Origin: an archaeon
GTDB taxonomy: Archaea > Nanobdellota > Nanobdellia > SCGC-AAA011-G17 > GW2011-AR17
Direction: 5' to 3'
Assembly (NCBI GenBank): GCA_043814545.1
Contig: JBDRJY010000007.1
Location: 6,819-70,818, forward strand
Length of the DNA stretch: 64,000 bases
Shown here: in pieces, positions 9,301 to 18,600 of the stretch
How the letters are laid out: each line of letters begins with the position of its first letter
Position numbering within the stretch: position 1 is the first letter of the stretch
Program-made: the position numbers and the translations under genes
Notes under the pieces: generated by a model
The model's database searches: none
The model's input: only the letters and a program-made list of their open reading frames with translations
What the model was told of the DNA's origin: nothing

Positions 9301-10308
9301 AGTGTAATAATCTGTATCATTAACTATTGTCACACTTGAAGGAAACCAAGAAACATTATAATAAGAAAAGATAAACGTCATGTTAGTTCCAGCATTAATG
9401 TTATTCGCACCAAAACTAAAATTTGCTTGCGTATAACCAGCTGCAAAATTAAAATTAGAACCGTTATTCAAAACTAACTCAGCTGCAGGTTTAAAATATT
9501 TAGTTTGATTATTATATAAATCAATAATCTCTGCTTCGGTCAAACTTCTGTTAAAAACTATTACTTCGTCTATTGAACCATTAAACTCTCTTAATCCTGC
9601 AGTGTTAGAACCAAATACCATATCAGCTGTTAAACCGTTAGGTCCCTCATTTACTGTTGTATCTGAAGCTAAAAGAACACTATTACCAAACAAATAACAA
9701 CCTGACTCATTATATAACAATGCATAATGGTACCAAATATCTACAGTCAAAGAATAAGTAGATTTTATAGCTGAACAATCGTTCGAACCATTAGGTGAAG
9801 AAAATTGAAAATAAAGTCCGTTCGTATCATAAGCCTGTATCAATGAAACAGCTCTATCGGCAGAACTTGTTTCTTGATCTATTATAGAAGCAAAATTATC
9901 TCCACTCGAAGTATCACCTCTTGACGTTACCCAAAGAGAAATTGTATAAGTATTGTTTGATGTAATAACATTACCAACATTAATATTTTCATCAATACCG
10001 TCAAAGTGCGCACATTTATCATTAAAACAATTTGAAGCATTAACATAAGCACCACCAGTACCTAGACCATCTTTATTCCTATAACTCAAATCATAATGGT
10101 TAGTAAGTACTGTATCAACTAAATCAGGTTCAAAGTTCCAAAAACAAATAATGTCAGAATCATTTAACGCTATATGGCTCCAGTTTCCGCTTTTAGTAAC
10201 ATTCAAGGCTTCATCAAAATCTGCAACTTCTAAAGACGAAACTAAAGTGATTAAAAGAATTAAACTAATTATACTAAATGTTACCTCTTTAACAAAACGC
10301 ATCTTCAC
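6367..10308 (-). CDS. giant secreted surface protein (1313 aa): LamG-like jelly-roll domain plus parallel beta-helix repeats, rich in N-glycosylation sequons
   Basis: Sec-type signal MKMRFVKEVTFSIISLILLITLVSS. The LamG_3 signature is ..FNGSIDEVIVFNRSLTEAEI. The middle has repeated NNxIxxN beta-helix rungs (NNNITIDNS, IENNTFRNFNGT, IVRNNKFINN). The C-terminus has an acidic EEEIVEE tract and a hydrophobic end. There are many N-x-S/T sequons. Confidence 0.65.
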   Translation of the reverse strand: MKMRFVKEVTFSIISLILLITLVSSLEVADFDEALNVTKSGNWSHIALNDSDIICFWNFEPDLVDTVLTNHYDLSYRNKDGLGTGGAYVNASNCFNDKCAHFDGIDENINVGNVITSNNTYTISLWVTSRGDTSSGDNFASIIDQETSSADRAVSLIQAYDTNGLYFQFSSPNGSNDCSAIKSTYSLTVDIWYHYALLYNESGCYLFGNSVLLASDTTVNEGPNGLTADMVFGSNTAGLREFNGSIDEVIVFNRSLTEAEIIDLYNNQTKYFKPAAELVLNNGSNFNFAAGYTQANFSFGANNINAGTNMTFIFSYYNVSWFPSSVTIVNDTDYYTFTFPETTTNLSLNITFNTEDERDTPFLNHTITFNVSTDSSSYFVSSSGDGTNPHSWDGAWPNLSVVQWGDGFGEVGAGDILYIDEGRYQEPLIVGANGSGFTRIDNSTYLNLSTMTNDELAADGWVVITANASDGTLDSDVLITGSELFGKTTNGAVNTGFIHNATFSEIYQATGTMAADDTRTLASCNVTNMSLQNACRYLAKMNDTVQQANDTDGSYYFDNSTKILYVNPFGTNVNITNGTVDYELVKTSRYYMDLDDKTGVVIDGGEGKFLQFRFGSTVVANGVIKTNNMDGDIIFRNHRQFYSDNRGHIAHILTTRLIFYNMVAGKAAGNQAYSHSLIDAADIYGFVFNSTIWDGWESHGNTDDRNPIQEYIVKGNTFKHELHGGNTDTGDLKFLSYYLGDDGYIIIENNIWYGLEDYFQGAGASSAAIGILPQNMGPNLGGKIYIYNNNITIDNSVGFSTTNGKGILIYDLNGTQYFIENNTFRNFNGTDSNAHSALYLGGDIYNTITSDNCIVRNNKFINNMQSIYFLSDNTNRRFNLLNLTISDNFFNGSDNINEGHIELSEWAVTNLTIKNNSFNEIGSSSSNRGLRLYACDGVNKVEGNSFNGNAGGIIFYETADSTTGKIQFFNNIFYQNAESMRLFNLDEGTVEVFNNVFYNNVNGLDLESGSATTSDVIIQNNIFTNNTIGVVDGSSAANTILNYNLWYGNTANVSGTTIGANAVDGDPLFIQPNIKNFTVNISSPAIDAANSSFSVSYDKAGNSRVDALWIPNVGTGDFDYYDIGISEIQMAETVPPSINISSPLQKTTFTFGDVINVTLNVNSTDDNEVSGYWYNLDGGNNVTFRNGTVGLTFSSPSGSTVTHVIYVFVNDSFNNINSTSVLIYLDNGLSNTDQSSDSSSGGGSVNYPVTQEEIPETEEEVLGVDESEKGIEDSLGEELEEEIVEEQEKEPWYLKLYVVKLFRFILDWIILKL

Positions 10309-10338
10309 CTCTTTAATTATTATATAGAGAATAATTAA

Positions 10339-11313
10339 CTATTTAAATTTTGCTACGTAAATACTGTTTTTATTTTCTAAAATTTCTACCTTAACCCTAT
10401 CACCAACTTTAGCTTTACAATTATTCACAGTTATGGCAACGCCTTTAGCTGTTCCTACCATTTGACCGTTTAACCAACCAGGACATACAATGTCAACATA
10501 CAGTTTATCTTTAACATTAAACACAACTGGTAAACGTTTAGACTTTTTAATTTCCAAATCTTTAGAAGTAAGTTTTAACTTAATATCATATTCTTTTTCC
10601 CATTTTTTTAACTGGTCATAAAACTTCCAATAATTTAATGGTTTGATACCTTTAACCTTTTGACTATACCTATAAATTTCATACTTCTGAATTCCGATAG
10701 AAGCGTTTAATTTTTTAGCTAATTTTATAATTCCTTCCACCTGTTCATTATTTAATTTTGGTATCCAAACAGGGCATAATCTTAAAGTAATATCTTTAGT
10801 AGACAAATATTCAGCATTCTTAACAATCTTACCAACATCATAAAACGTTTTTCCACATAATTTTTTTGCCAAAGGTCCATCTAAAGAATTAATAGATAAA
10901 TTAAGAGTAGTTAATCCCGCTTTAACTAAATCGTCAATAAGTTTTTTAGTAAGGTTAGTACCATTAGTTTGCATTGAAACTTTAGGAACTAATTTAGACA
11001 TTTCTTCAACTAGTTTAACTAAGTCTGAATAAGATGTCGGTTCGCCCATAGAATCTATATTAATTTCTTCAACATCGCCTTTATACTTTACAACTTTCTT
11101 AACTTCATCAACTAAATAATCTAATTCTACAATGAAAGAATAAGGATGAAAATCCGAGTTAGCAGTTGAAGTTGAACAAAAAATACAATCTAAGTTACAA
11201 ACTGTTGTAGCCCTAACTTGTAGCAGAGTAGTACCTCTATCTATAATTCCTAAAAAGATTGTCCCAATCAAAGGTATCCCGGACTTTCTAGTTACTTTTA
11301 CAAGCTTTTGCAT
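10339..11313 (-). CDS. radical SAM domain protein
   Basis: CNLDCIFC (CxxxCxxC) cluster motif near the N-terminus. About 324 aa with a C-terminal beta-rich extension. Substrate unknown. Confidence 0.65.
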   Translation of the reverse strand: MQKLVKVTRKSGIPLIGTIFLGIIDRGTTLLQVRATTVCNLDCIFCSTSTANSDFHPYSFIVELDYLVDEVKKVVKYKGDVEEINIDSMGEPTSYSDLVKLVEEMSKLVPKVSMQTNGTNLTKKLIDDLVKAGLTTLNLSINSLDGPLAKKLCGKTFYDVGKIVKNAEYLSTKDITLRLCPVWIPKLNNEQVEGIIKLAKKLNASIGIQKYEIYRYSQKVKGIKPLNYWKFYDQLKKWEKEYDIKLKLTSKDLEIKKSKRLPVVFNVKDKLYVDIVCPGWLNGQMVGTAKGVAITVNNCKAKVGDRVKVEILENKNSIYVAKFK

Positions 11314-11351
11314 AAGAAAAAAATATATAAGAAATTATAAAAAGGTTTTCT

Positions 11352-11969
11352 TTATTCTTCTTCAGTATTAAACTCGTCTTCAGAAGATTTCTCCTCATCT
11401 TCATCGTCAAGAATAGAATCATCTGATTCTTCAACCGGTTTTTCATTCTTCTTAGGCTTATTAACAACTAACAATACACCTACTATTCCTAAAACCAAAG
11501 CTGCAATAACATAAACGATTGAATAATTTTTCTTAAGATCTTCGGAAGGTATAAGCCCTACATCACCAGTAATTCCTGTATCGGTTAACTTTCGTGCATC
11601 AGCATCTTGTAAACCTATTACAACACGACCATCATCTTTAAATTTTAACAAACCTATAGCGAGATCGTTTTCACCGTCTTGATCTAAATCAGTTTCCAAA
11701 GACATTCCAAAATATAAAAACCCGTAAGATTGCTTTTCAGTATCTAAGAAAGGTATTAAACTTATTTTAACATCGCCGTCACGTCCAATACTTTTAACAT
11801 ACAACGAATGTGTTGCACCTAACAATTCAAACCGTACTTCATCTTTTTCTTCTAAAGTTATAGCATTCAATGTACCTTCCTGCAATTCAAGGTCATAACT
11901 ATTTGCAAGAACTAAAGGTAACATTAAAAGTAAAATTAAACTTAAAATAATTATTTTTTTCATCTTCAT
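11352..11969 (-). CDS. secreted protein with C-terminal TM anchor and acidic cytoplasmic tail
   Basis: Signal MKMKKIIILSLILLLMLPLVLA. C-terminal IVYVIAALVLGIVGVLLVV helix followed by a D/E-rich tail. Confidence 0.5.
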   Translation of the reverse strand: MKMKKIIILSLILLLMLPLVLANSYDLELQEGTLNAITLEEKDEVRFELLGATHSLYVKSIGRDGDVKISLIPFLDTEKQSYGFLYFGMSLETDLDQDGENDLAIGLLKFKDDGRVVIGLQDADARKLTDTGITGDVGLIPSEDLKKNYSIVYVIAALVLGIVGVLLVVNKPKKNEKPVEESDDSILDDEDEEKSSEDEFNTEEE

Positions 11970-11975
11970 ACCTCC

Positions 11976-12983
11976 TTAAACTCGCTTTCTCCAATATTCT
12001 AAAATATCTCTAAGAGTTTGATCAAATGTATACCTAGGTTCCCACCCGGTCAACTCTTTCATTTTTGAACAATCACCTGATAACAACGGCACATCAGAAG
12101 GTCTTACCCTTGCAGGGTCGATCTTAACTTCAACCTGTACTGTTGACATTGCTAATAACTTGTCCAAAACCTGCTGCATTGAAAATGTTGAAGCAGGTCC
12201 AGAACAAATGTTATACACTTCCCCAGGAGTTCCTCTTTCTACTATTAATAAATATGCACGTACAACATCTCGTACGTCGGTAAAATCACGTTTAGCTTCT
12301 AAGCTACCAACTAAAATAACTGGATCTTGTTTACCTTTTTCAATCATAGCAATTTGCTTGGCAAAATTACTACAAACAAAAACATGCCCGCGACGGGGAC
12401 CCGTGTGGTTAAAAGATCTGGTAGCAATAGTTTTCAAGTTATAAGATTTTGAATATTGATAACATAACTTATCACAAGCTACCTTTGACACTGCATAAGT
12501 ACTTAACGGTCGTAATGGATTTGTTTCTTTAATAGGAGTTTCTTCAGGATATACCATTCCATATTCTTCAGACGAACAAGAAACTTGTATAACAGGGTTA
12601 CACGAAGATTTCCGTACAGCTTCAAACAACTGTAAGGTACCTACAACGTTTGTAACCATTGTATCTGTTGGAGCTGTCCACGACATTGGCACATAACTTT
12701 GCGCAGCAAGATGAAAAATGTAATCTGGTTGTGTTTTATCAATCAAAGATTGCATCGCGTGCGCGTCAGTAAGATCGCCAAAATGCAAATCTAATTTATC
12801 TTTGATATGCTCAATGTTATCCATTGGGCTGCGCCATCTAATAAGTCCAGAAACTTTATAGCCTTTAGCCAGCAAATATTCAGACAAGTGTGAACCGACA
12901 AAACCAGTTATACCAGTAATTAAAACATTCTTCATTATTAGGGGAAAGAAAGTCAAGGTCTTTATAAAATTTATTATATTCAA
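11976..12983 (-). CDS. NAD-dependent nucleotide-sugar epimerase/dehydratase (extended SDR)
   Basis: GITGFVGSHL Rossmann motif (GxxGxxG) and the catalytic YAVSK (YxxxK) motif. The 335-aa length is typical of 4,6-dehydratases and 4-epimerases. Confidence 0.75.
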   Translation of the reverse strand: MNIINFIKTLTFFPLIMKNVLITGITGFVGSHLSEYLLAKGYKVSGLIRWRSPMDNIEHIKDKLDLHFGDLTDAHAMQSLIDKTQPDYIFHLAAQSYVPMSWTAPTDTMVTNVVGTLQLFEAVRKSSCNPVIQVSCSSEEYGMVYPEETPIKETNPLRPLSTYAVSKVACDKLCYQYSKSYNLKTIATRSFNHTGPRRGHVFVCSNFAKQIAMIEKGKQDPVILVGSLEAKRDFTDVRDVVRAYLLIVERGTPGEVYNICSGPASTFSMQQVLDKLLAMSTVQVEVKIDPARVRPSDVPLLSGDCSKMKELTGWEPRYTFDQTLRDILEYWRKRV

Positions 12984-13021
12984 GTCTTTCTTTATATATG
13001 AGTTATTGTTTAATAGCTAAA

Positions 13022-13375
13022 TTATCTTACTCTAAAGACATCTCCTGCCCCTATTTCTATTTCAGGTTTATCAGGATCATAGAATTTATGGTTTTTTCTT
13101 GGTTCCATGTTTGTAAAAAGAGTCATACGAGATGTTACAAGAAATTTATCTCCTTGTGAATATAAAGTATAACCATTAACATCACGAACATCAAAATCTT
13201 TTAATTTAGGATAAACTTTCATAGGATCAAAGTCAGGATTTAAATCTAAAAATGCAGGTACTAACCAACCATATAAAGTTTGGTCACGCCAATCAGAATG
13301 ACTTTCAGTTAAAACGTCAAACAATTGTTCAAGTGGTGATTTTTCACGGATTTTTAATTTCAAAATCGAGCTCAT
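13022..13375 (-). CDS. hypothetical protein (possibly part of the sugar-modification cluster)
   Basis: 117-aa ORF lying between the epimerase and surface-protein genes. No diagnostic motif recognised. Confidence 0.35.
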   Translation of the reverse strand: MSSILKLKIREKSPLEQLFDVLTESHSDWRDQTLYGWLVPAFLDLNPDFDPMKVYPKLKDFDVRDVNGYTLYSQGDKFLVTSRMTLFTNMEPRKNHKFYDPDKPEIEIGAGDVFRVR

Positions 13376-13427
13376 AAAAATAAATTATAATATTTAAGTT
13401 TATATAATTTATTATAGTAAAGTCATT

Positions 13428-15674
13428 TTAAGGTAAAGAATACCCTGAGCTAAATATTGGCACTGTTTCAGATTGATAGGTGTATAACACAGAGATAGCA
13501 TAGTTTTTACCACCATACCTTCTATCATCCATTTCAACAGAACTCCAATCAGATAAACTCTCATCAATATTCCCAGAGATATAATAAGTCGTAGGATAAG
13601 CTCGATACCTGCTACAACTTGAACCAGCATCAACTGTACAATGATTTTCAGGGTCAGAAACTTCGTGGCAAGAATTGTCACGATTAACCAACCAAGAATT
13701 AGTGTCAAGTAAAGCATATGCCCAAGCATCAACTATTGAATAATCAGCTTCTAAATAAGCTGCAAATTTCTTTGAAACTTTTTTAGAATGATAAGTGTTA
13801 GATACTAGACTACCATGCATGCCTGATAAAGTGTGAAGACCTGCAAACACACTGCCACTATCACTGGTAGTTGTATACCTTTGCCTTCCATAATCACCTT
13901 GACAATATACGACAGAATTACTTAAACAAGAAAATTGTGCCAGATATTCTAAATCTTTTTCACCTAACTGCGATAAAAAGTAATCGTATAAAGCCGAAGA
14001 TTTATTTTCATAAAGGTAAATTGGTTGATCTTCTGCCCATACTGAACCTAAATAACCGTGACCAAATAAAAATAATAAATCAACATCATCAGCATAATCG
14101 TACGAATCTTCAACAAACCTATTTTTGTAAGATAAATACTTATCATAGTCAGGCCAATAATCCTTAAACTCATCACGAAATTCCTTAGCTGCTGTTTCAA
14201 ACAAATCTTCATCAGTCGAATAATACACTGCAAACTTTGCACCAGCTACGTCTCCAGGGAGCGGCTCACCGGATTGAGGAGGCTTTGTTGTTGATACTGC
14301 GCCTGAAAACTTACACGTACCATGAACACAAACGCCACCGTCATCATCATAATCAAAACAATGTTCATCAATTACACAAGGAAACTTACCATGTCCTAAA
14401 GATTTGTCAACGTAATACATTGGAGTTAAAGAAGTCGAAGTAACTACTGGCGAATATGCGACAAGGTTACCGTCTTTAACTAATGTACCATGACAAGTTA
14501 CTGTCGGCAACAAAAGTTCTTGTGATTGAAAATATGTAGATTCACAATTAGTTACATAAATATTATGCGACTCACCTGCTTCATAAGCCATAACTTCAGT
14601 AATTTCTTTTTTTAATTTTTCAACATTTTTTAACAGAACCTCTTCCTTTTTTTCCGTTGAAAGCACCCAGTTACGTAAGCTTACGCCTGTAACTTCTCCT
14701 GTAAGAGAATTAACTTCAACTTGAATTAAAGAATTTGATACTTGCCTGCCACCAACCAAACGATAAAAACCCGCAGTTTGAAGCACAAAAAAACTGCCTT
14801 CATCAGTTACATCTTTAGTATAAATTATTGCAGCAGTTTGACGTTGATCTAATTGCGTTTGCAAATCTAATTTGTTTGATTGTAAAAATTCTTCTGCTGT
14901 TTGCCAAACTTCATTTTCTTGTAAAGGTTCTAAACTTCCTTCCCTACTAGCTAAAGAAGATCTTACTGCCAACAATTCTTCATCATCAGTTTCATTCGGA
15001 GCAAAATAAACAAAAGATGCGTCAAGATTACCTTCGTTATCTAGCATTACACCAATTTTACTTTTATCTTCTAAAGTTTTTATTTCTTTTACACCAAACG
15101 CTGAAGCCAATTCAACCATTTCTTTTTCAGTTTCTAATCTTGCCGTCGATGACAAGGTAATAAGAACATTATCATCACTATTTAAAATTTCTACCAAATC
15201 TTCTTCAAAACCGGAATAAAATTCAACTTTAGGCGATTCATCTTCAAAATTAAGTTTAGCTAAATTTTCAATTAGAAATAATTTAAGTTTATTAAAAAAC
15301 CCATGAGGCTCAATTCCAATTTGACTATTTATGTATAACCTCTGTAACATTAAACCTTGATTTTCAGTTGACAAAAAATCAGTTAAATCTTTTTCAGCAA
15401 CTGTTAAAGTAAAATCTATGTCTTTAGTATTAATAAAATTAATTTTATCATCTTCAAAAATAAATTGTAAATTTAAACCACAACCTTCAACAACAATTTC
15501 TACTTGCATCCCATCTAAAAAAAAGTTTAAAGGTTGTATATGAGTCAACAATTGTTGATTTTCCATAATCAAACTTTGCGTTTCATCTGCCAAATCATCA
15601 CATGTTGCGGATACGGTAAAAGAAAACAGAATTAAACATACAATAAACAAAATTAAATTTCTTTTTACATTCAT
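13428..15674 (-). CDS. secreted protein (748 aa), last gene of a surface-protein operon. C-terminal part has a His-Gly ... Ser-Cys pair reminiscent of clan CD cysteine peptidases
   Basis: Signal MNVKRNLILFIVCLILFSFTVSA. Overlaps the upstream gene by 4 nt. Contains the segments LLFLFGHGYLGSVW and AQFSCLSNS. The peptidase assignment is speculative. Confidence 0.5.
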   Translation of the reverse strand: MNVKRNLILFIVCLILFSFTVSATCDDLADETQSLIMENQQLLTHIQPLNFFLDGMQVEIVVEGCGLNLQFIFEDDKINFINTKDIDFTLTVAEKDLTDFLSTENQGLMLQRLYINSQIGIEPHGFFNKLKLFLIENLAKLNFEDESPKVEFYSGFEEDLVEILNSDDNVLITLSSTARLETEKEMVELASAFGVKEIKTLEDKSKIGVMLDNEGNLDASFVYFAPNETDDEELLAVRSSLASREGSLEPLQENEVWQTAEEFLQSNKLDLQTQLDQRQTAAIIYTKDVTDEGSFFVLQTAGFYRLVGGRQVSNSLIQVEVNSLTGEVTGVSLRNWVLSTEKKEEVLLKNVEKLKKEITEVMAYEAGESHNIYVTNCESTYFQSQELLLPTVTCHGTLVKDGNLVAYSPVVTSTSLTPMYYVDKSLGHGKFPCVIDEHCFDYDDDGGVCVHGTCKFSGAVSTTKPPQSGEPLPGDVAGAKFAVYYSTDEDLFETAAKEFRDEFKDYWPDYDKYLSYKNRFVEDSYDYADDVDLLFLFGHGYLGSVWAEDQPIYLYENKSSALYDYFLSQLGEKDLEYLAQFSCLSNSVVYCQGDYGRQRYTTTSDSGSVFAGLHTLSGMHGSLVSNTYHSKKVSKKFAAYLEADYSIVDAWAYALLDTNSWLVNRDNSCHEVSDPENHCTVDAGSSCSRYRAYPTTYYISGNIDESLSDWSSVEMDDRRYGGKNYAISVLYTYQSETVPIFSSGYSLP

Positions 15675-18600
15675 TTTTTCTTTACCAGATCAGACGTTTT
15701 CTTAAACGAAGATTCCAATTGTTGGTCTAACTTAGAAGGTTTAAACTCTTGTTTCTTAGCAGTAAACAATTTTTGTGGATTCACAGGCGTAAGTTTTCGC
15801 TTCGTGTTAAATGTTTGAGACTTTTGTTTCTTTTTATAATATATGTAACCTAAATAAACTAATGCTAATAACAAAATCAGGAAAACTAAAATATAAAACC
15901 AAGGTAAAGCAAAACCTTCTTCACAATCTTCAGGACAATTGTTTTCAGTTTCACCATAAGAAGAATCACACCTTTCATTCGGACACAAAGGCATACTATC
16001 AGTTGAATCATCTAAACCATCAGAATCTGAATCCACTTTATACGCACTCGTCCCAATAGAACTTTCATACTTATCACTCAAACCGTCACCGTCAGAATCT
16101 TTGTCAATATCACCAACACCTGAACACGAAGGACATGATGAACCGCCACAATCAACACCGTCTTCGTTACCGTTTCGTAAACCATCATTACATGAAACAC
16201 TTTCACAAGGTTCACAAATAGAACCGCCACAATCAATCTCTTCTTCATCCTGGTTCATAACTGTATCATAACAAGTTGGAAATAAATCGTCAGTAACTTG
16301 ACAATTTTCGTCGTCATTATCCACATAACCGTCACAATCATTATCCAAACCGTCGTTGCAAACTTCTGGGAAAGATTCAATATCATCTTCACAATCACTC
16401 CACGAACCGTTAACACAGAATTGTATACCAGCAACACAAATACCTACGTCAACGCCACAAGTTTGATTCATTCCTTCAGAACAACCACAATTTTCATCAA
16501 CTTCGCCATCACAATCATTGTCTACATTATCACAAACTTCATCACTCCCACCACTGTAAGCAGAACCCGAACAGATTGACCATAAACCATTATCACAATA
16601 TTGTACACCCGACGAACACGCACCAACATCAGTGCCACAGTTTTTAGTTTCGCCAATTGTACAAACACAACCTTCATCAGTTGACCCATCACAATCATCA
16701 TCTAAAGTGTTACAATATTCAGTTTCAGCATAAACAGCACCTTCACAATCACCCCAACCACTATTACTACAAGTTTCAACACCGTACAAACATATGCCTA
16801 TATCAGAATCACCGCATTGTTGCGTATCCTCGTCGGTACAAGCACAACCTTCCTGATCTACACAGTTAGGGTCAGTACAATCAAAGTAACCGTCACAGTC
16901 GTTGTCAAGACCGTCGTTACAGGTTAACTCTTGTTCTTCAGTAGCTTCACAAGTTTCAGCACAATGGTCTTGGTCGTAAGGATCACCAGTCCGGCCACAA
17001 ACAGTATAATCACAATAACTTTCACTAATCCATTTATAATTGTTACACCATTCACCAGCATAAGTATCACAAGTATTTTGCGAACAAACATCAGTACCAC
17101 AATCATAATCTTTGCTACCACAATTCAAACAATAATCTTCAGTTGTCCAACCGTTACTATCACAATATAAATTTTGACCTACATCACACGAACCTTCAAC
17201 ACAACTTTCATAATCAGCATCAACACCACCACAGTTTTGTTCATAATAAGCATAAACCCATTCGCCAAAGCTACAATACGAATTAGATTCAGTGTCACAA
17301 TATCCAGCCAAACATTCACCATACCCAGAACAATCATCATAATCATAAAGTGAACAAGTGTCGCAATAATCAGTCGAGTCCCAACCGCCGTTATGGCACC
17401 ACATATCAGAAGCAACATCACAAGCATTTTCAACACAACCTGACGAGTTAGCAGGATCTTCAGTTATAGATTCACAATATGTATCATCTTCGTCGCAAAG
17501 AACTTGACAATCCGAATCTTGCGCACCGCAAACATGACAATAGTTGTCAGAAACTTGGTTACCTAAATCATCGCACCAAGTGTTATCTTCCAAGTTACAT
17601 ACACCAGGAGTACAAGCACCAAGACAATCAGAATCTTCAGCATCAGTATCACCGTCGCAATCATTATCAATGTTATCTTCACAAGTGCCAAAAGTTTCTT
17701 TTTCAGCGCAAACTAAAAAATCGCCGGAATTATATTTGAAACAATCAAAACCTTCACCGCAAACCCATGAAGTGTACGAAGTATATTCACCAGCATCTTC
17801 ACTTTCAACAGTGTACGAACATTTCACATCTTCATCATACATCTCCACTGTACAAAACGTTTTATTATAACATTCGTTGTTAACCGGTGGCACATCACCG
17901 TCACCGCAAACGTAAAGATTCTTTGTACAAACACCACCTTCATCAATTTGTTCATCACAATCATTATCTTTTCCGTCGCAAATTTCTAAAGCGTAAGGAT
18001 TTATTGAAGGGTAAGCATCATCACAATCTAACTGTTCATAGGTACACTCAGAATGTTCGAACGCACCAAACCCGTCGTTATCTTCATCATAACAACCGCC
18101 TAAAGGATAAACTTGCATCTTCATAAAAATATTAAAATCAGAAGGTTGCACAGCGTCAAAACTAATTGACTTCACTGGTAATGAACGAGTAAATTCAAAC
18201 CCTGAAAACGAATCATAAAATCCGCCTTCTTCAGTATCACCGTTAACAATAATTTTGTTACCTGTTGAATCATCTTCACTTGACAATGCAAACTGATACT
18301 GGCAACCGTTATACAACTCGACAGTAAAATCTCTTATTTTGATTGAACTAAAAGTTTCATAATCAGCATTGTTATAACAATGTTTATCTTTATCATTTTG
18401 TGTAACACAACAATCAGGACGACAATAACCAGCAAATTCAATATGTCTTCTTAACGGTTTATTAATTTCATACTCATAATGATAATAATTTCCACCTGAA
18501 GGATACAACCCAATTTCAGTAAACGGCGTTGCATCATTTATTGCACATTCAGACTCAGGATCAACCCCTTCTTTTGAACAAACACCTTCACTAATAATCC

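Noticed and set aside
13412-13732. 106-aa minus ORF overlapping the 3' end of the 748-aa secreted-protein gene in another frame
   Set aside because: Fully nested in a long, well-supported ORF, with low-complexity hydrophobic translation typical of AT-rich alternative frames.
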